A stretch of 32,000 bases of DNA, taken from Candidatus Saccharimonadota bacterium. GTDB taxonomy: Archaea; Micrarchaeota; Micrarchaeia; Micrarchaeales; Micrarchaeaceae. A model generated the notes under the pieces. It ran no database searches, was not told the origin of the DNA, and saw only the letters and a program-made list of their open reading frames with translations. Numbering within the stretch: position 1 is the stretch's first letter; the number at the start of each line of letters is the position of its first letter. The stretch covers positions 180,001-212,000 of the forward strand of contig OY970071.1 in the NCBI GenBank assembly GCA_963705375.1, read 5' to 3'. A program made the translations under genes and the position numbers. Below are positions 17,402 to 28,000 of this stretch, piece by piece.

Positions 17402-18208
17402 ATGATGAAAGAAGGCAAAAACAAGACAATATTCATAACAGGCTGCAGGGGAGGTATCGGCAGATATTCGGCAATAACTCTTGCGAAAAGAGGGCACAGA
17501 GTGATTGCGACCACTCACACTTCCGCTTCTGCAAAAGAAATAAATGCGCTGGCCGCAGCTCAAAAATTGAATATAGAGTCTTTCAAGTTGGACGTAACAG
17601 TGCCCAAAGACAGAGACAGGATACGTGACTATGACATCGACGTCTTGATAAACAACGCCGGAATAGGAGAATCCGGACCGTTGGCCGAAATCAACGTTGA
17701 CAGAGTAAGGAACAATTTCGAAGTGAACGTCTTTGGTCCATTGGAATTGACACAGCTAGCATTAAAAAAGATGATGAAAAAGGACAGCGGGACTGTAATC
17801 TTCGTAAGCTCTTTGATAGGACGCATCGCATTCCCATTCCTTGGCTCGTATTCCATGACCAAATTCTCCGTTTCGTGCGAGGCCGATGTCCTTCGGCAGG
17901 AATTGTACAGGATCACAAAGAACGTCAACGTTTCGGTAGTGGAGCTTGGAGCGTATCATACTGGATTCAACCAGAGGATGCTTGCACGAAAATACGAATG
18001 GCTGAGAAAACGCTCGTATTTCAATGAAAAGATCAGAGAAATAAAGATGCGTGAAGAGAAGTTCTTCAGCACGATGGAATCGGAATCAGTACGAACAGCA
18101 GTCAATCAAATAGTTAAAGCGGCGGAATCGAGCAGACCAAGGTTCAGGTACGTGGCACCATTCTGGCAGGGGACCCTTGTGCAGCTTGGAAGAGCATTAG
18201 GCAAGTAG
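17402..18208 (+). CDS. Short-chain dehydrogenase/reductase (SDR) family oxidoreductase
   Basis: Cofactor motif TGCRGGIGR, NNAG (LINNAGIG), catalytic S...YSMTK. The ATG at 17402 is preferred over the GTG at 17396 from the ORF track. Confidence 0.85.
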   Translation: MMKEGKNKTIFITGCRGGIGRYSAITLAKRGHRVIATTHTSASAKEINALAAAQKLNIESFKLDVTVPKDRDRIRDYDIDVLINNAGIGESGPLAEINVDRVRNNFEVNVFGPLELTQLALKKMMKKDSGTVIFVSSLIGRIAFPFLGSYSMTKFSVSCEADVLRQELYRITKNVNVSVVELGAYHTGFNQRMLARKYEWLRKRSYFNEKIREIKMREEKFFSTMESESVRTAVNQIVKAAESSRPRFRYVAPFWQGTLVQLGRALGK

Positions 18209-18291
18209 CCACACTTCAAAAATCCAGAAACACCAGGTCTTTTTACTATATCCTAAAAGTCACTCTTGAGATTACAAAGAAAAAGAAGGCC

Positions 18292-18309
18292 GTTGCCCTG
18301 TCGGGCAAC
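18292..18309. terminator. Hairpin between convergent genes (SDR / Gly-rich membrane protein)
   Basis: gttgccc-tgtc-gggcaac forms a perfect 7-bp GC-rich stem with a 4-nt loop, in the 135-bp convergent spacer. A-rich 5' flank (aaagaaaaagaa). Confidence 0.35.
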
Positions 18310-18343
18310 AGACCGAATATCGAAATTGAAGAGGCAGATCTCA

Positions 18344-18658
18344 TCACATTGCTTCTAACTTGACGAATCTCACGATGACGAGATTGTAGATCAGAGCAAA
18401 TATCATGCCGCCTATCAATCCACCAACGGCAGAAGCGATTATCGTCACCACAGCACCGATGATGCCTATAGCGCCACCCAGCAAGCCACCCACGGCTGCC
18501 CCAAGAACGAGAGCAACTACCGCATACAGGACGCCTGCTATTAGCCCAGACACTGCAAAGACCTGCGCAGCAGATCCGTATGAGAGCTGATTTATCTTAG
18601 TTCCCATTACACCACCTGCGTAGACTGCCAAGGCAGTGTTTAAATCTCTTATGGGCAC
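18344..18658 (-). CDS. Small Gly/Ala-rich (glycine-zipper-like) membrane protein
   Basis: 104 aa with GxxxG-rich helices: GLIAGVLYAVVALVLGAAVGGLLGGAIGIIGAVVTIIASAVGGLIGGMIFALIY. An alternative start is M18. Confidence 0.5.
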   Translation of the reverse strand: MPIRDLNTALAVYAGGVMGTKINQLSYGSAAQVFAVSGLIAGVLYAVVALVLGAAVGGLLGGAIGIIGAVVTIIASAVGGLIGGMIFALIYNLVIVRFVKLEAM

Positions 18659-18836
18659 AGAGCAGCAAGAGGGCCAGGAGATAATTCAGGCAACTTGCGC
18701 AGGACATGACTTTTCTTGCGCGTTCGATTCGACGCGGACCGTAGCCAATAAATACCTAGAAGCCAATTCAAACTGTGATAAAAGAGCTAAGGCACTGCAG
18801 CCTTATATTCTTTCTTTTGCATATCGAAGTGCTTTT

Positions 18837-20270
18837 ATGAAAAGGATCGGAGACTTCCTTTGGGAACTTGGAAAAGAGGAGCGGGAAGGCATGAATGTCC
18901 CTGTACGCGTTTACGCTAATGAGAAGCTCTTCTCATCGATCCAAAAGGACAGGACGCTGATGCAGGCAAAGAACGCGGCCGCACTTCCAGGAATAGTGCG
19001 GAACATGCTCGTGATGCCGGACGGGCATGAAGGATACGGCTTCCCGGTAGGAGGCGTAGCTGCTTTCGATGCTGACAGCGGCATAATCTCTCCTGGCGCG
19101 ATCGGATTTGACATAAACTGCGGGGTACGCCTAATAAAATCCAACATAACTGTGGGTGATGCAAAGTCCAGACTGCCGCAGCTCATGGATCGCCTGTTCA
19201 AGAACGTTCCAAGCGGTGTCGGCAGCGAGATAAAGCTTGGATTCTCTCACAGCGACCTAGACAGGATTGCCACCGAAGGCGTCGAGTATGTTGTTAAGAA
19301 GGGTTATGGATTCAAAGACGATGTTGAAAGAATAGAGGAAAATGGTTGCATCGCTGGCGCGGATCCGGACAAGGTCAGCAACCTGGCGAAAGGCCGCGGC
19401 GTGAAGCAGATAGGCACCCTTGGTGCTGGCAACCATTTCCTGGAAGTGCAGAAAGTCGAACAGATATTCGACGAAAAGGCCGCAAAGGCATTCGGCCTTG
19501 AGGAAAACATGGTCGTGGTGATGGTGCACAGCGGTTCGAGAGGCTACGGCCACCAGATATGCAGTGACTACCTTCGCATTCTTACGGAGTATCAGCGCAG
19601 GCACAACATAAGGCTCCCGGATCCTGAGCTGGCATACGCGCGCATAGGCGACAAGGAAGCAGAGGAGTATCTGGCTTGCATGCGCTGTGCCGTGAACTTC
19701 GCTTTCACTAACAGGCAGGTGATGACACACCTAATACGCAAAAGCTTTTCGGAGGTGTTCGGCAAGAGCGCCGATGCGCTTGACATGCAGCTAATCTATG
19801 ATGTCGCGCACAACATCGCAAAATTGGAAGAGCACACGATAGACGGAAAGAGGATGAAGCTGTACGTGCACAGGAAAGGCGCAACAAGGGCTTTCTCGCC
19901 AGGAAGGGCAGAGGTCCCGCAGGTGTACAGGAGTGCAGGCCAGCCTGTGATCATACCAGGAAGCATGGGCACCGCAAGCTACGTGCTTGCTGGCAGAGAG
20001 GAAGCGATGCTCGAGACTTTCGGCTCGTCATGCCATGGCTCTGGAAGACTGATGTCGCGCCACCAGGCGGTGCGTGACATTCCTGTCGCAAAGACACTTG
20101 CCGATCTGAAAAGCAAGGGCGTAGAGTTCAGGGTCAGGGACAGAAAACTGATAAGCGAAGAGGCAGAGTGGGCGTACAAGAGCGTTGACGATGTTGTCGC
20201 AAGCATAGCAGGCGCAAAGATATCAAACATAGTCGCAAGGCTTGTGCCTCTCGGAGTGGCGAAGGGCTGA
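18837..20270 (+). CDS. rtcB: RNA-splicing ligase RtcB (3'-phosphate/5'-hydroxyl RNA ligase)
   Basis: MPDGHEGYGFPVGGV, GFDINCGVRL, GAGNHFLEVQ, HSGSRGYGHQ, IPGSMG, SSCHGSGR. The ATG at 18837 gives 477 aa (typical RtcB length) and lies about 30 nt downstream of ttatatt (18803-18809). The ORF-track start at 18636 adds 67 non-conserved residues that overlap the divergent gene. Confidence 0.92.
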   Translation: MKRIGDFLWELGKEEREGMNVPVRVYANEKLFSSIQKDRTLMQAKNAAALPGIVRNMLVMPDGHEGYGFPVGGVAAFDADSGIISPGAIGFDINCGVRLIKSNITVGDAKSRLPQLMDRLFKNVPSGVGSEIKLGFSHSDLDRIATEGVEYVVKKGYGFKDDVERIEENGCIAGADPDKVSNLAKGRGVKQIGTLGAGNHFLEVQKVEQIFDEKAAKAFGLEENMVVVMVHSGSRGYGHQICSDYLRILTEYQRRHNIRLPDPELAYARIGDKEAEEYLACMRCAVNFAFTNRQVMTHLIRKSFSEVFGKSADALDMQLIYDVAHNIAKLEEHTIDGKRMKLYVHRKGATRAFSPGRAEVPQVYRSAGQPVIIPGSMGTASYVLAGREEAMLETFGSSCHGSGRLMSRHQAVRDIPVAKTLADLKSKGVEFRVRDRKLISEEAEWAYKSVDDVVASIAGAKISNIVARLVPLGVAKG

Positions 20271-20381
20271 TCCCTATTTTTCTTCAGATGTAGATTTGCA
20301 CCCAGATTCGTAAGTTCCGCGTCGTCTCAGTAATAGCGCACAATTCTGTTTGCTGACTTGTTGCATGACACGCCGCTTGCC

Positions 20382-21314
20382 TCAATTATCTGTTTCGTTA
20401 AACAGTGCCCTCTTAGTCGAATCAAACGGATGGTCCTTGCAGAACGTTACCGCCAGCTTGCCCTCTTGTGTGAACCCCACATCATCCACCATTGACGCTA
20501 CACCAAGCGACTTCTGTTTTGACAGTGCGTCAATGCCAATATAAATTTCTCTTTTGAACCGGTCTCCCCAAACACCATGAATAGCATCTGTAGCCACGTA
20601 AAAGCCCCACTGCGGGTTCAGTGTGCAGAGCTGTTCCGTTGCAATTTGAGTGCTCATGTCCATTATTCGCCCGATAGTGGTTTCCGCTTCATAACCGACA
20701 GCAGCCATCGATGTTACATAATCTTCATTCCATTCGCCTCTTGCCTGCCGCAATAGTGCACAGGATAGAAGCCCTGCAAGCGTTTCTTCGAGGAATGGTC
20801 TATCCCAGGCGAGGTCCATAGTTTCAAACACATTCGATTGAGCGCAATCCAGAAATGAACCCCTTATGTCTGTTTCATTTTTTGATAATTTCCTGACTAC
20901 GAACCTATCAGGTATAACAAGCATTCCTTGCAGCGCAAATAAACCCATTGCCGGTGGCGATACGAATTGCGATCCATACCCGAATCTCTCATTTACTTCA
21001 ATTTGGTAATGATTCAAAGTGGGCAGGAATTCTTCAGGTGCCACTAGCTTCAGCGCGGGTAGTTCTCCTATTTCTGCGCCATATGTTTCCTGGACTTGTG
21101 GAATTAGCGCATAAACCATATTTTGTAGGCTTGAGTCATCAAGCACCACGGGCTCTTGCGGTTCCGTCCACTTCTTGCCTCTCAGCACCAGAAGTTTGCA
21201 TGCTTCCTGGTCGTTCGGCAACTGACAATCCCAGTTTACTGGTAAACTGCAATCCGCACTCCTGAGCAGGTCCTTGTGTGTCTGCCAGACCTCTTGAATA
21301 GACTTGGCCATCAT
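20382..21314 (-). CDS. Hypothetical protein (310 aa, no recognised domain)
   Basis: Long clean ORF of balanced composition, convergent with rtcB and divergent from the giant gene. Confidence 0.6.
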   Translation of the reverse strand: MMAKSIQEVWQTHKDLLRSADCSLPVNWDCQLPNDQEACKLLVLRGKKWTEPQEPVVLDDSSLQNMVYALIPQVQETYGAEIGELPALKLVAPEEFLPTLNHYQIEVNERFGYGSQFVSPPAMGLFALQGMLVIPDRFVVRKLSKNETDIRGSFLDCAQSNVFETMDLAWDRPFLEETLAGLLSCALLRQARGEWNEDYVTSMAAVGYEAETTIGRIMDMSTQIATEQLCTLNPQWGFYVATDAIHGVWGDRFKREIYIGIDALSKQKSLGVASMVDDVGFTQEGKLAVTFCKDHPFDSTKRALFNETDN

Positions 21315-22025
21315 TTCATCAACAGCTAGCCATTCCTTTCGTTCAGATATTTATGCGTGTCTTTTCGTTTGACTCTGGGACAAAAGTCCTTCTCACTCCT
21401 AGATAAGAACCAGAATAGAAAAGGCTACTTGCTGTTTTAAGATGCCTTCTGGGTTCACTCGGTCTAAACGACCTTTTTCTATCGTTCTTTGACGACAGAA
21501 CGGACATTATTACTGATCCGCCTTGCTCTGGTCAATATAATTTGGATGCAAAACGATAAAGATTTTGGCAGAGATAATATAGAAGACCTGAAAAGGTAGA
21601 GTGCCAAAATAATGGTTGACTTATGTCCCAGACTCTTTTCGTTTCATGTTGTTTGTGAAACTTTGTTTGATTGTGAAGGGCCTATTGCCTTCTTAATAAA
21701 AAAGTGGAAAAAGGTTAGCAAAACAAGCAATCCTACACTTCTAATACTATCTTGGTAATTTAAGGAATCTGAAAACTAGAAAGATATAAATATCTCCTGG
21801 AATGGATACTTCCTTGCGGCTTACTGTGGGGGTACATTAACAGTGTGTCGCTAATGTCAAACTTGCGTCAGTAGTATGCATGTTTGCCGACTGTAGTAGG
21901 CTTGGATAGCATGGAGAATAACTATACGTTAGCTGCAACGGCTTTGTTGCCGGTTTTAGGTGTTATGGTGCCTGTGGCATCTGCATCCGTGTCGGCCATA
22001 TGCATGTTCAAAATAGTGTGATACC

Positions 22026-25000
22026 ATGGCGACGCGCACCCGCAAGTTCAATCCGATGCTTCTTCTGATATCAGTGGTCCTGCTGCTTAAAGTTTGCCCC
22101 TACGTAGGGGCATGGACCAGCACAGGCGCCACCGTAACCTGGCAGGGGCACAGTTATCCAGTATTTGATGCGGGCATCGACGCCGGGTGCACATCCACAA
22201 TATACAACAATAATGCGAATTCTAATTCGAAAGTCACTTGCAACGAAGGTCCTTGGTATAATCCCGGTTCCGTATCTGTTACATTAACCTATGCCGGCAC
22301 TGGGCCAGATTTTTATTGCGACAATAGCTCTTGCGCTACCCAGAGCAGCTTACCCCAAGATTGGAAGTATGTCGATGCGTATAAAATAACAGGCACTTCA
22401 GGAGGATTCTCACCAGCTTCATGGTCCTCTTCAGATAATACCTCTGAACTTTATTTCATATTCAAGTACAATCCTGGCACTCTGGGAATAGGTGCGGGGG
22501 GCTTATCCGCAAGATTCTACACCACCACAATCCCACAGGGTCCTGCATCCACCAGCACCTCATTGGTCGCAAGCAACTCGACATATTATCCACAATACAA
22601 CAATTACTACGCGAATTATGGCACGCCCATAACAATCACAGCAACAGTCTCTCCCGCGCCGTCAAATGGAGATACAGTAACGTTCTATGATTCTTGGAAC
22701 TATGGCACGGCCTCCGTGCTGGGCACGGCCACAATACAGAACGGCGTCGCGAAATTCACAACCAGAGCATTACTTGGCGAATGGCACGGCATTACTGCAA
22801 ACTTTTCAGGAGATTCGTCCTATAAGACGAGCACAAGTCCTGCGCTCGGAATAACAATGTATAAGGTCAATTCCACGACATCTCTCTCTTCAAGTTCCAA
22901 CCCGTCGACATACACTTCTTCAATAACGTTCACAGCCACAGTAACACCGACACCTCCGAACGGCGAAACCGTAACGTTCTATGACAGCGGAACACAGATT
23001 GGCACAGGCACTACATCAGGCGGCGTCGTGACATTCACAACGACCACGTTAACACCTGGCACGCATTCGATCACCGCAAGATATCCAGATGACTATTATA
23101 GTCTATATACAAGCACAAGTCCTGCACTTTCACAAACAGTCAACAAGGAACCGACCGCAATAAGCCTCACCTCAAACAGTAACCCATCGACCTATGGCAC
23201 TTCGGTGATTTTCACAGCAACCGTGTCTCCATCCGTTCCGAACGGCGAGACAGTAACATTCTATAACGGAGGAACGCAGATCGGCATAGGAACAACATCA
23301 GGCAGCACCGCGACATTCACCGCGACAACGCTCGCTGCAGGCACATATTCCATAACTGCGACATACTCCGGAGATTCCAATTATATTGGCAGCACAAGCT
23401 CCGCAGTTTCCCAAGTAGTCAGCAAGGTGTCGACCACGACATCTCTCTCTTCAAGTCCCAACCCCGCAATACAGGGCACATCTGTGACATTCACCGCGAC
23501 AGTGTCGCCATCAGTCCCGAACGGTGAGACTGTAACATTCTATAGCATTAACAACGGAACTCAGATTGGAACAGGCACCACGTCAGGAAGTATCGCAACC
23601 TTCACCACTAACACACTTACAGCAGGCACCCGTTCATTCACCGCAACATACTCTGGCAATTCTAATTATGCAAGCAGTACAAGTTCTGCAGTTTCGCAAG
23701 CAGTCAATAAGGTGTCGACCACGACATCTCTCTCCTCGAGTTTCAATCCTTCAATACATGGTGCCTCTGTGACATTCACCGCAACAGTGTCGCCATCGGT
23801 TCCGAACGGCGAGACCGTGACGTTCTATGACAATTCTGTACAGATTGGCACAGGCACCACCACCTCTAGCAGTGTCGCAACTTTCACCACTAATGCACTT
23901 ACAGCAGGCACTCATTCGATCACAGCAACATATTACGGCGATGCACACTTCCTAGGCAGCAGCTCTACTCTATCCCAAACAATAAACGCTGGAACACCAA
24001 CAGCAACAAGCCTCACCTCGAGCATTAACCCATCGACCCATGGCACTTCAGTGACATTCACAGCAACAGTGTCCCCATCAGTTCCGAACGGCGAGACCGT
24101 GACGTTCTATAACGGCGGGACACAGATCGGCACCGGAACGACATCAGGCAGCGTTGTGACATTCACCACGGCCGTGCTAGCCGTAGGAACAGACCCCATA
24201 ACTGCGACATACTCCGGAGATGTCAATTTCTTCGGCAGCACAAGCTCTGCAGTTTCGCAGACGGTCAACAAGCAGCCAACCATAATCTCGCTAAATTCGA
24301 ATGCGACCCAATCGCTTTACGGCTCTGCAGCCACATTCACTGCGAGGATATCGACACCGATTATTCCGAACGGCGAGACGGTGACATTCTATGACGGCAC
24401 CAACCAGATAGGTACCAGCTTCACATCAAACAGCACCGCAATACTGACAACAGACGGACTTGCGGCAGGTACTCATTCGATAACTGCCACATATTCTGGC
24501 GATTCCAACTTTACAAGCAGCACGAGCTCTGCAGTCTCGCAGGTCGTCACAAAACTATCCGCATCTACATATACCCCATCTACATGGGTATTGCAAAGCA
24601 ACACGCTTTCTGTTGGCGAACAGGGTCAGAGCTGTGTAAAAGCAAACAGTTACATCTACTGCATGGGAGGTCTAAATTATCCCACTACGGTCCAATCCGC
24701 ACAAATATTATCGAACGGCGGGACCTCAGCATGGGCATCTTCCAGCAACACGCTTAGTTATTCAAGCGCATTCCATAGCTGCGTTTCAGCAAACGGTTAT
24801 GTGTACTGCATGGGCGGCGAGTATTCCCCTGCCGGAGTAGAATACGCGAAGATATTGGGCAATGGACAGCTCGGACAATGGCATGCCCAAAACGCGAGCG
24901 CACAGCTTAGCGCTGGCGTACAGGGCCTGAGCTGCGTCACAGTCAATAGCTACATCTACTGCATGGGAGGTTACAATGCCAGCACAAGCACTTATCTTGG

Positions 25001-28000
25001 AAATATCCAGTATGCGCAGATATCAAGTGGCGGCGGAGCTACAGGACCATGGCATTTGCAAAGTGCCAATACGCTTGTAGCGGGACTTGCTTATGGATCA
25101 TGCGTAACAGCAAACAATTACATCTACTGCATGGGAGGGGTAGGGTATCCTACCACAATAGAATATGCGCCAATAGTCGCAAACGGTGTAGTAGGTTCAT
25201 GGCAGACCATGAATCCCTCTAACATTTATCTTCCAGTTTCACTATATATGGGCAGCTGTGCTGCCGCTGCCGGCTCTATCTACTGCATGGGAGGCCAAAA
25301 TGCGAACGCTGTACAATATGCACGAATATTGAATGGTTCAGGAACATCTGCATGGACATTGCAAAATGCGAGCATGCAGCTCGCAGTAGGTGCAATGTAT
25401 CATAGCTGCATAGCGGCAAACAATTACCTCTACTGCATGGGCGACAATAACAACAGGAACTCTATACAGTACACGCCCCTAGTGACTCCAACAACCACAT
25501 CAGTAAACTCAAACAATAATCCTTCGACTTACGGAGCGTCAGTAGCGCTCACCGCGGCAGTATTTCCTGCAGTCCCAAACGGCCAGACAGTAACATTCTA
25601 TGACAATTCCATACAGATCGGCACAGCTACCACCTCAAACAGCAATGCAACTATAGCTTCAAGTACGCTTGCAATAGGCACCCACTCAATAACGGCCAGA
25701 TATTCAGGCTACACGAACGCCAAAGGAAGCATAAGCGCAGTCTTGTCTCAGATAGTCAAGACGCCAACCACCACAAGCCTTACATCAAGTGCAAACCCGT
25801 CAGCTTACGGCAATTCGATAACATTCACAGCCACAGTGTCGCCATCGATACCAAATGGCGAGACGGTGACGTTCTACGACAGCGCCAACCAGATCGGAAC
25901 AGGCACAACAGCAGGCAGCGTCGCAACATTCTCAACAAACGCACTCGCCACAGGCACTCATCAGATAACCGCGACGTACTCTGGAGATTCGAACTTCGTG
26001 ACAAGCACAAGTTCCGCAGTCTCGCAGGTCGTAAATACAAAAGCGACCACAACCTCTCTTGCTTCAAGTGCCAACCCGTCAACATATGGCAATTCAGTGA
26101 CATTCACAGCCACCATATCTCCATCCGTGCCAAACGGAGAGACCGTTACATTCTATGATAATGGCGCAACGATCGGCACGAGCACAACGTTTGCAAGTGT
26201 CGCCACTTTCGCAACCAATGCGTTCACAGCAGGCACTCATCCGATAACCGCGACGTACGCTGGAGATTCGAACTTCGTGACAAGCACAAGTTCCGCAGTC
26301 TCGCAGGTCGTCAACAAGAAGCCGACCGCAACGTCTCTTGCTTCAAGTGCAAATCCGACTACATACGGCAATTCAATCACATTCACCGCCACGGTGTCGC
26401 CATCAGTCCCGAACGGCGAGACAGTGACGTTCTACGACAGCTCGAATCAGATAGGCACAGGCACAACTTCTGCGAATGTCGCAACATTCACGACTAACGC
26501 GTTTGCAGCGGGCACCCATCCGATAACCGCAACATATTCTGGCGATTCCAATTTTGTTGGCAGCACAAGTTCTGCAGTATCCCAAATTGTCAACAAGAAG
26601 TCAACAACAAGCACTCTAATTTCAGGCGCCAACCCATCAACATACGGCAATTCGATCACATTCACAGCCACAGTGTCGCCATCAATACCGAACGGCGAGA
26701 CAGTGACGTTCTATGACAGCGCCAACCAGATAGGAACAGGCACAACGGCAGGCAGTGTCGCAACCTTCTCAACAAACACACTAGTCACAGGCACTCACCC
26801 AGTAACCGCAACGTACTCTGGAGATTCAAACTTCGTGACAAGCACAAGTTCCGCAGTCTCTCAGGTCGTCAACACAAGGTCGACATCAACAGCCCTCACA
26901 TCAAACTCAAACCCGTCAACATACACCGCTTCAATCACATTCACAGCCACAGTGTCGCCATCGGTTCCAAACGGTGAGACAGTAACGTTCTATGACAGCG
27001 CCAATCAGATCGGCACAGGCACAACATCAGGCAGCGTTGCAACCTTCTCAACAAACGCGCTCACGGCAGGCACTCATCCAATAACCGCAACGTACTCTGG
27101 AGATTCAAACTTCGTGACAAGCACAAGTTCCGCAGTCTCGCAGGTCGTAAACACAAAGTCGACAGCAACAGCCCTCACATCAAACTCCAACCCATCAACA
27201 TACACCGCTTCAATCACATTCACAGCCACAGTGTCGCCATCGGTTCCAAACGGTGAGACAGTAACGTTCTATGACAGCGCCAATCAGATCGGCACAGGCA
27301 CAACATCAGGCAGCGTTGCAACCTTATCAACAAACGCGCTCACGGCAGGCACTCATCCAATAACCGCAACATACTCTGGCGATTCCAACTTCATTACAAG
27401 CACAAGTTCCGCAGTCTCTCAGGTCGTAAACACAAAGTCGACAGCAACAGCCCTCACATCAAACTCAAACCCGTCAACATACACATCTTCGATAATGTTC
27501 ACCGCTACGGTATCTCCATCAGTTCCGAACGGAGAGACCGTCACATTCTATGACAATTCTATACAGGTCGGAATAGGAACAACCTCTTCAAGTGTCGCAA
27601 CATTCACGACCAATGCATTTACAGCAGGCACCTATCAGATAACCGCGACATACTCTGGAGATTCGAACTTCGTGACAAGTACAAGTTCCGCAGTCTCGCA
27701 GGTCGTAAACACAAAGTCGACAGCAACAGCCCTCACATCAAACGCCAACCCATCAACATACACTGCTTCAATCACATTCACAGCCACAGTGTCGCCATCG
27801 GTTCCAAACGGTGAGACAGTAACGTTCTATGACAGCGCCAATCAGATCGGCACAGGCACAACATCAGGCAGCGTTGCAACCTTATCAACAAACGCGCTCA
27901 CGGCAGGCACTCATCCAATAACCGCAACATACTCTGGCGATTCCAACTTCATTACAAGCACAAGTTCCGCAGTCTCTCAGGTCGTCAACACAAGGTCTAC

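Noticed and set aside
18636-18836. 67-aa N-terminal extension of rtcB given by the ORF track (start at 18636)
   Set aside because: The extension has no RtcB-like sequence and overlaps the start of the divergent membrane-protein gene. It would also make the protein ~65 aa longer than typical RtcB. The ATG at 18837 has a TATA-like box ~30 nt upstream.
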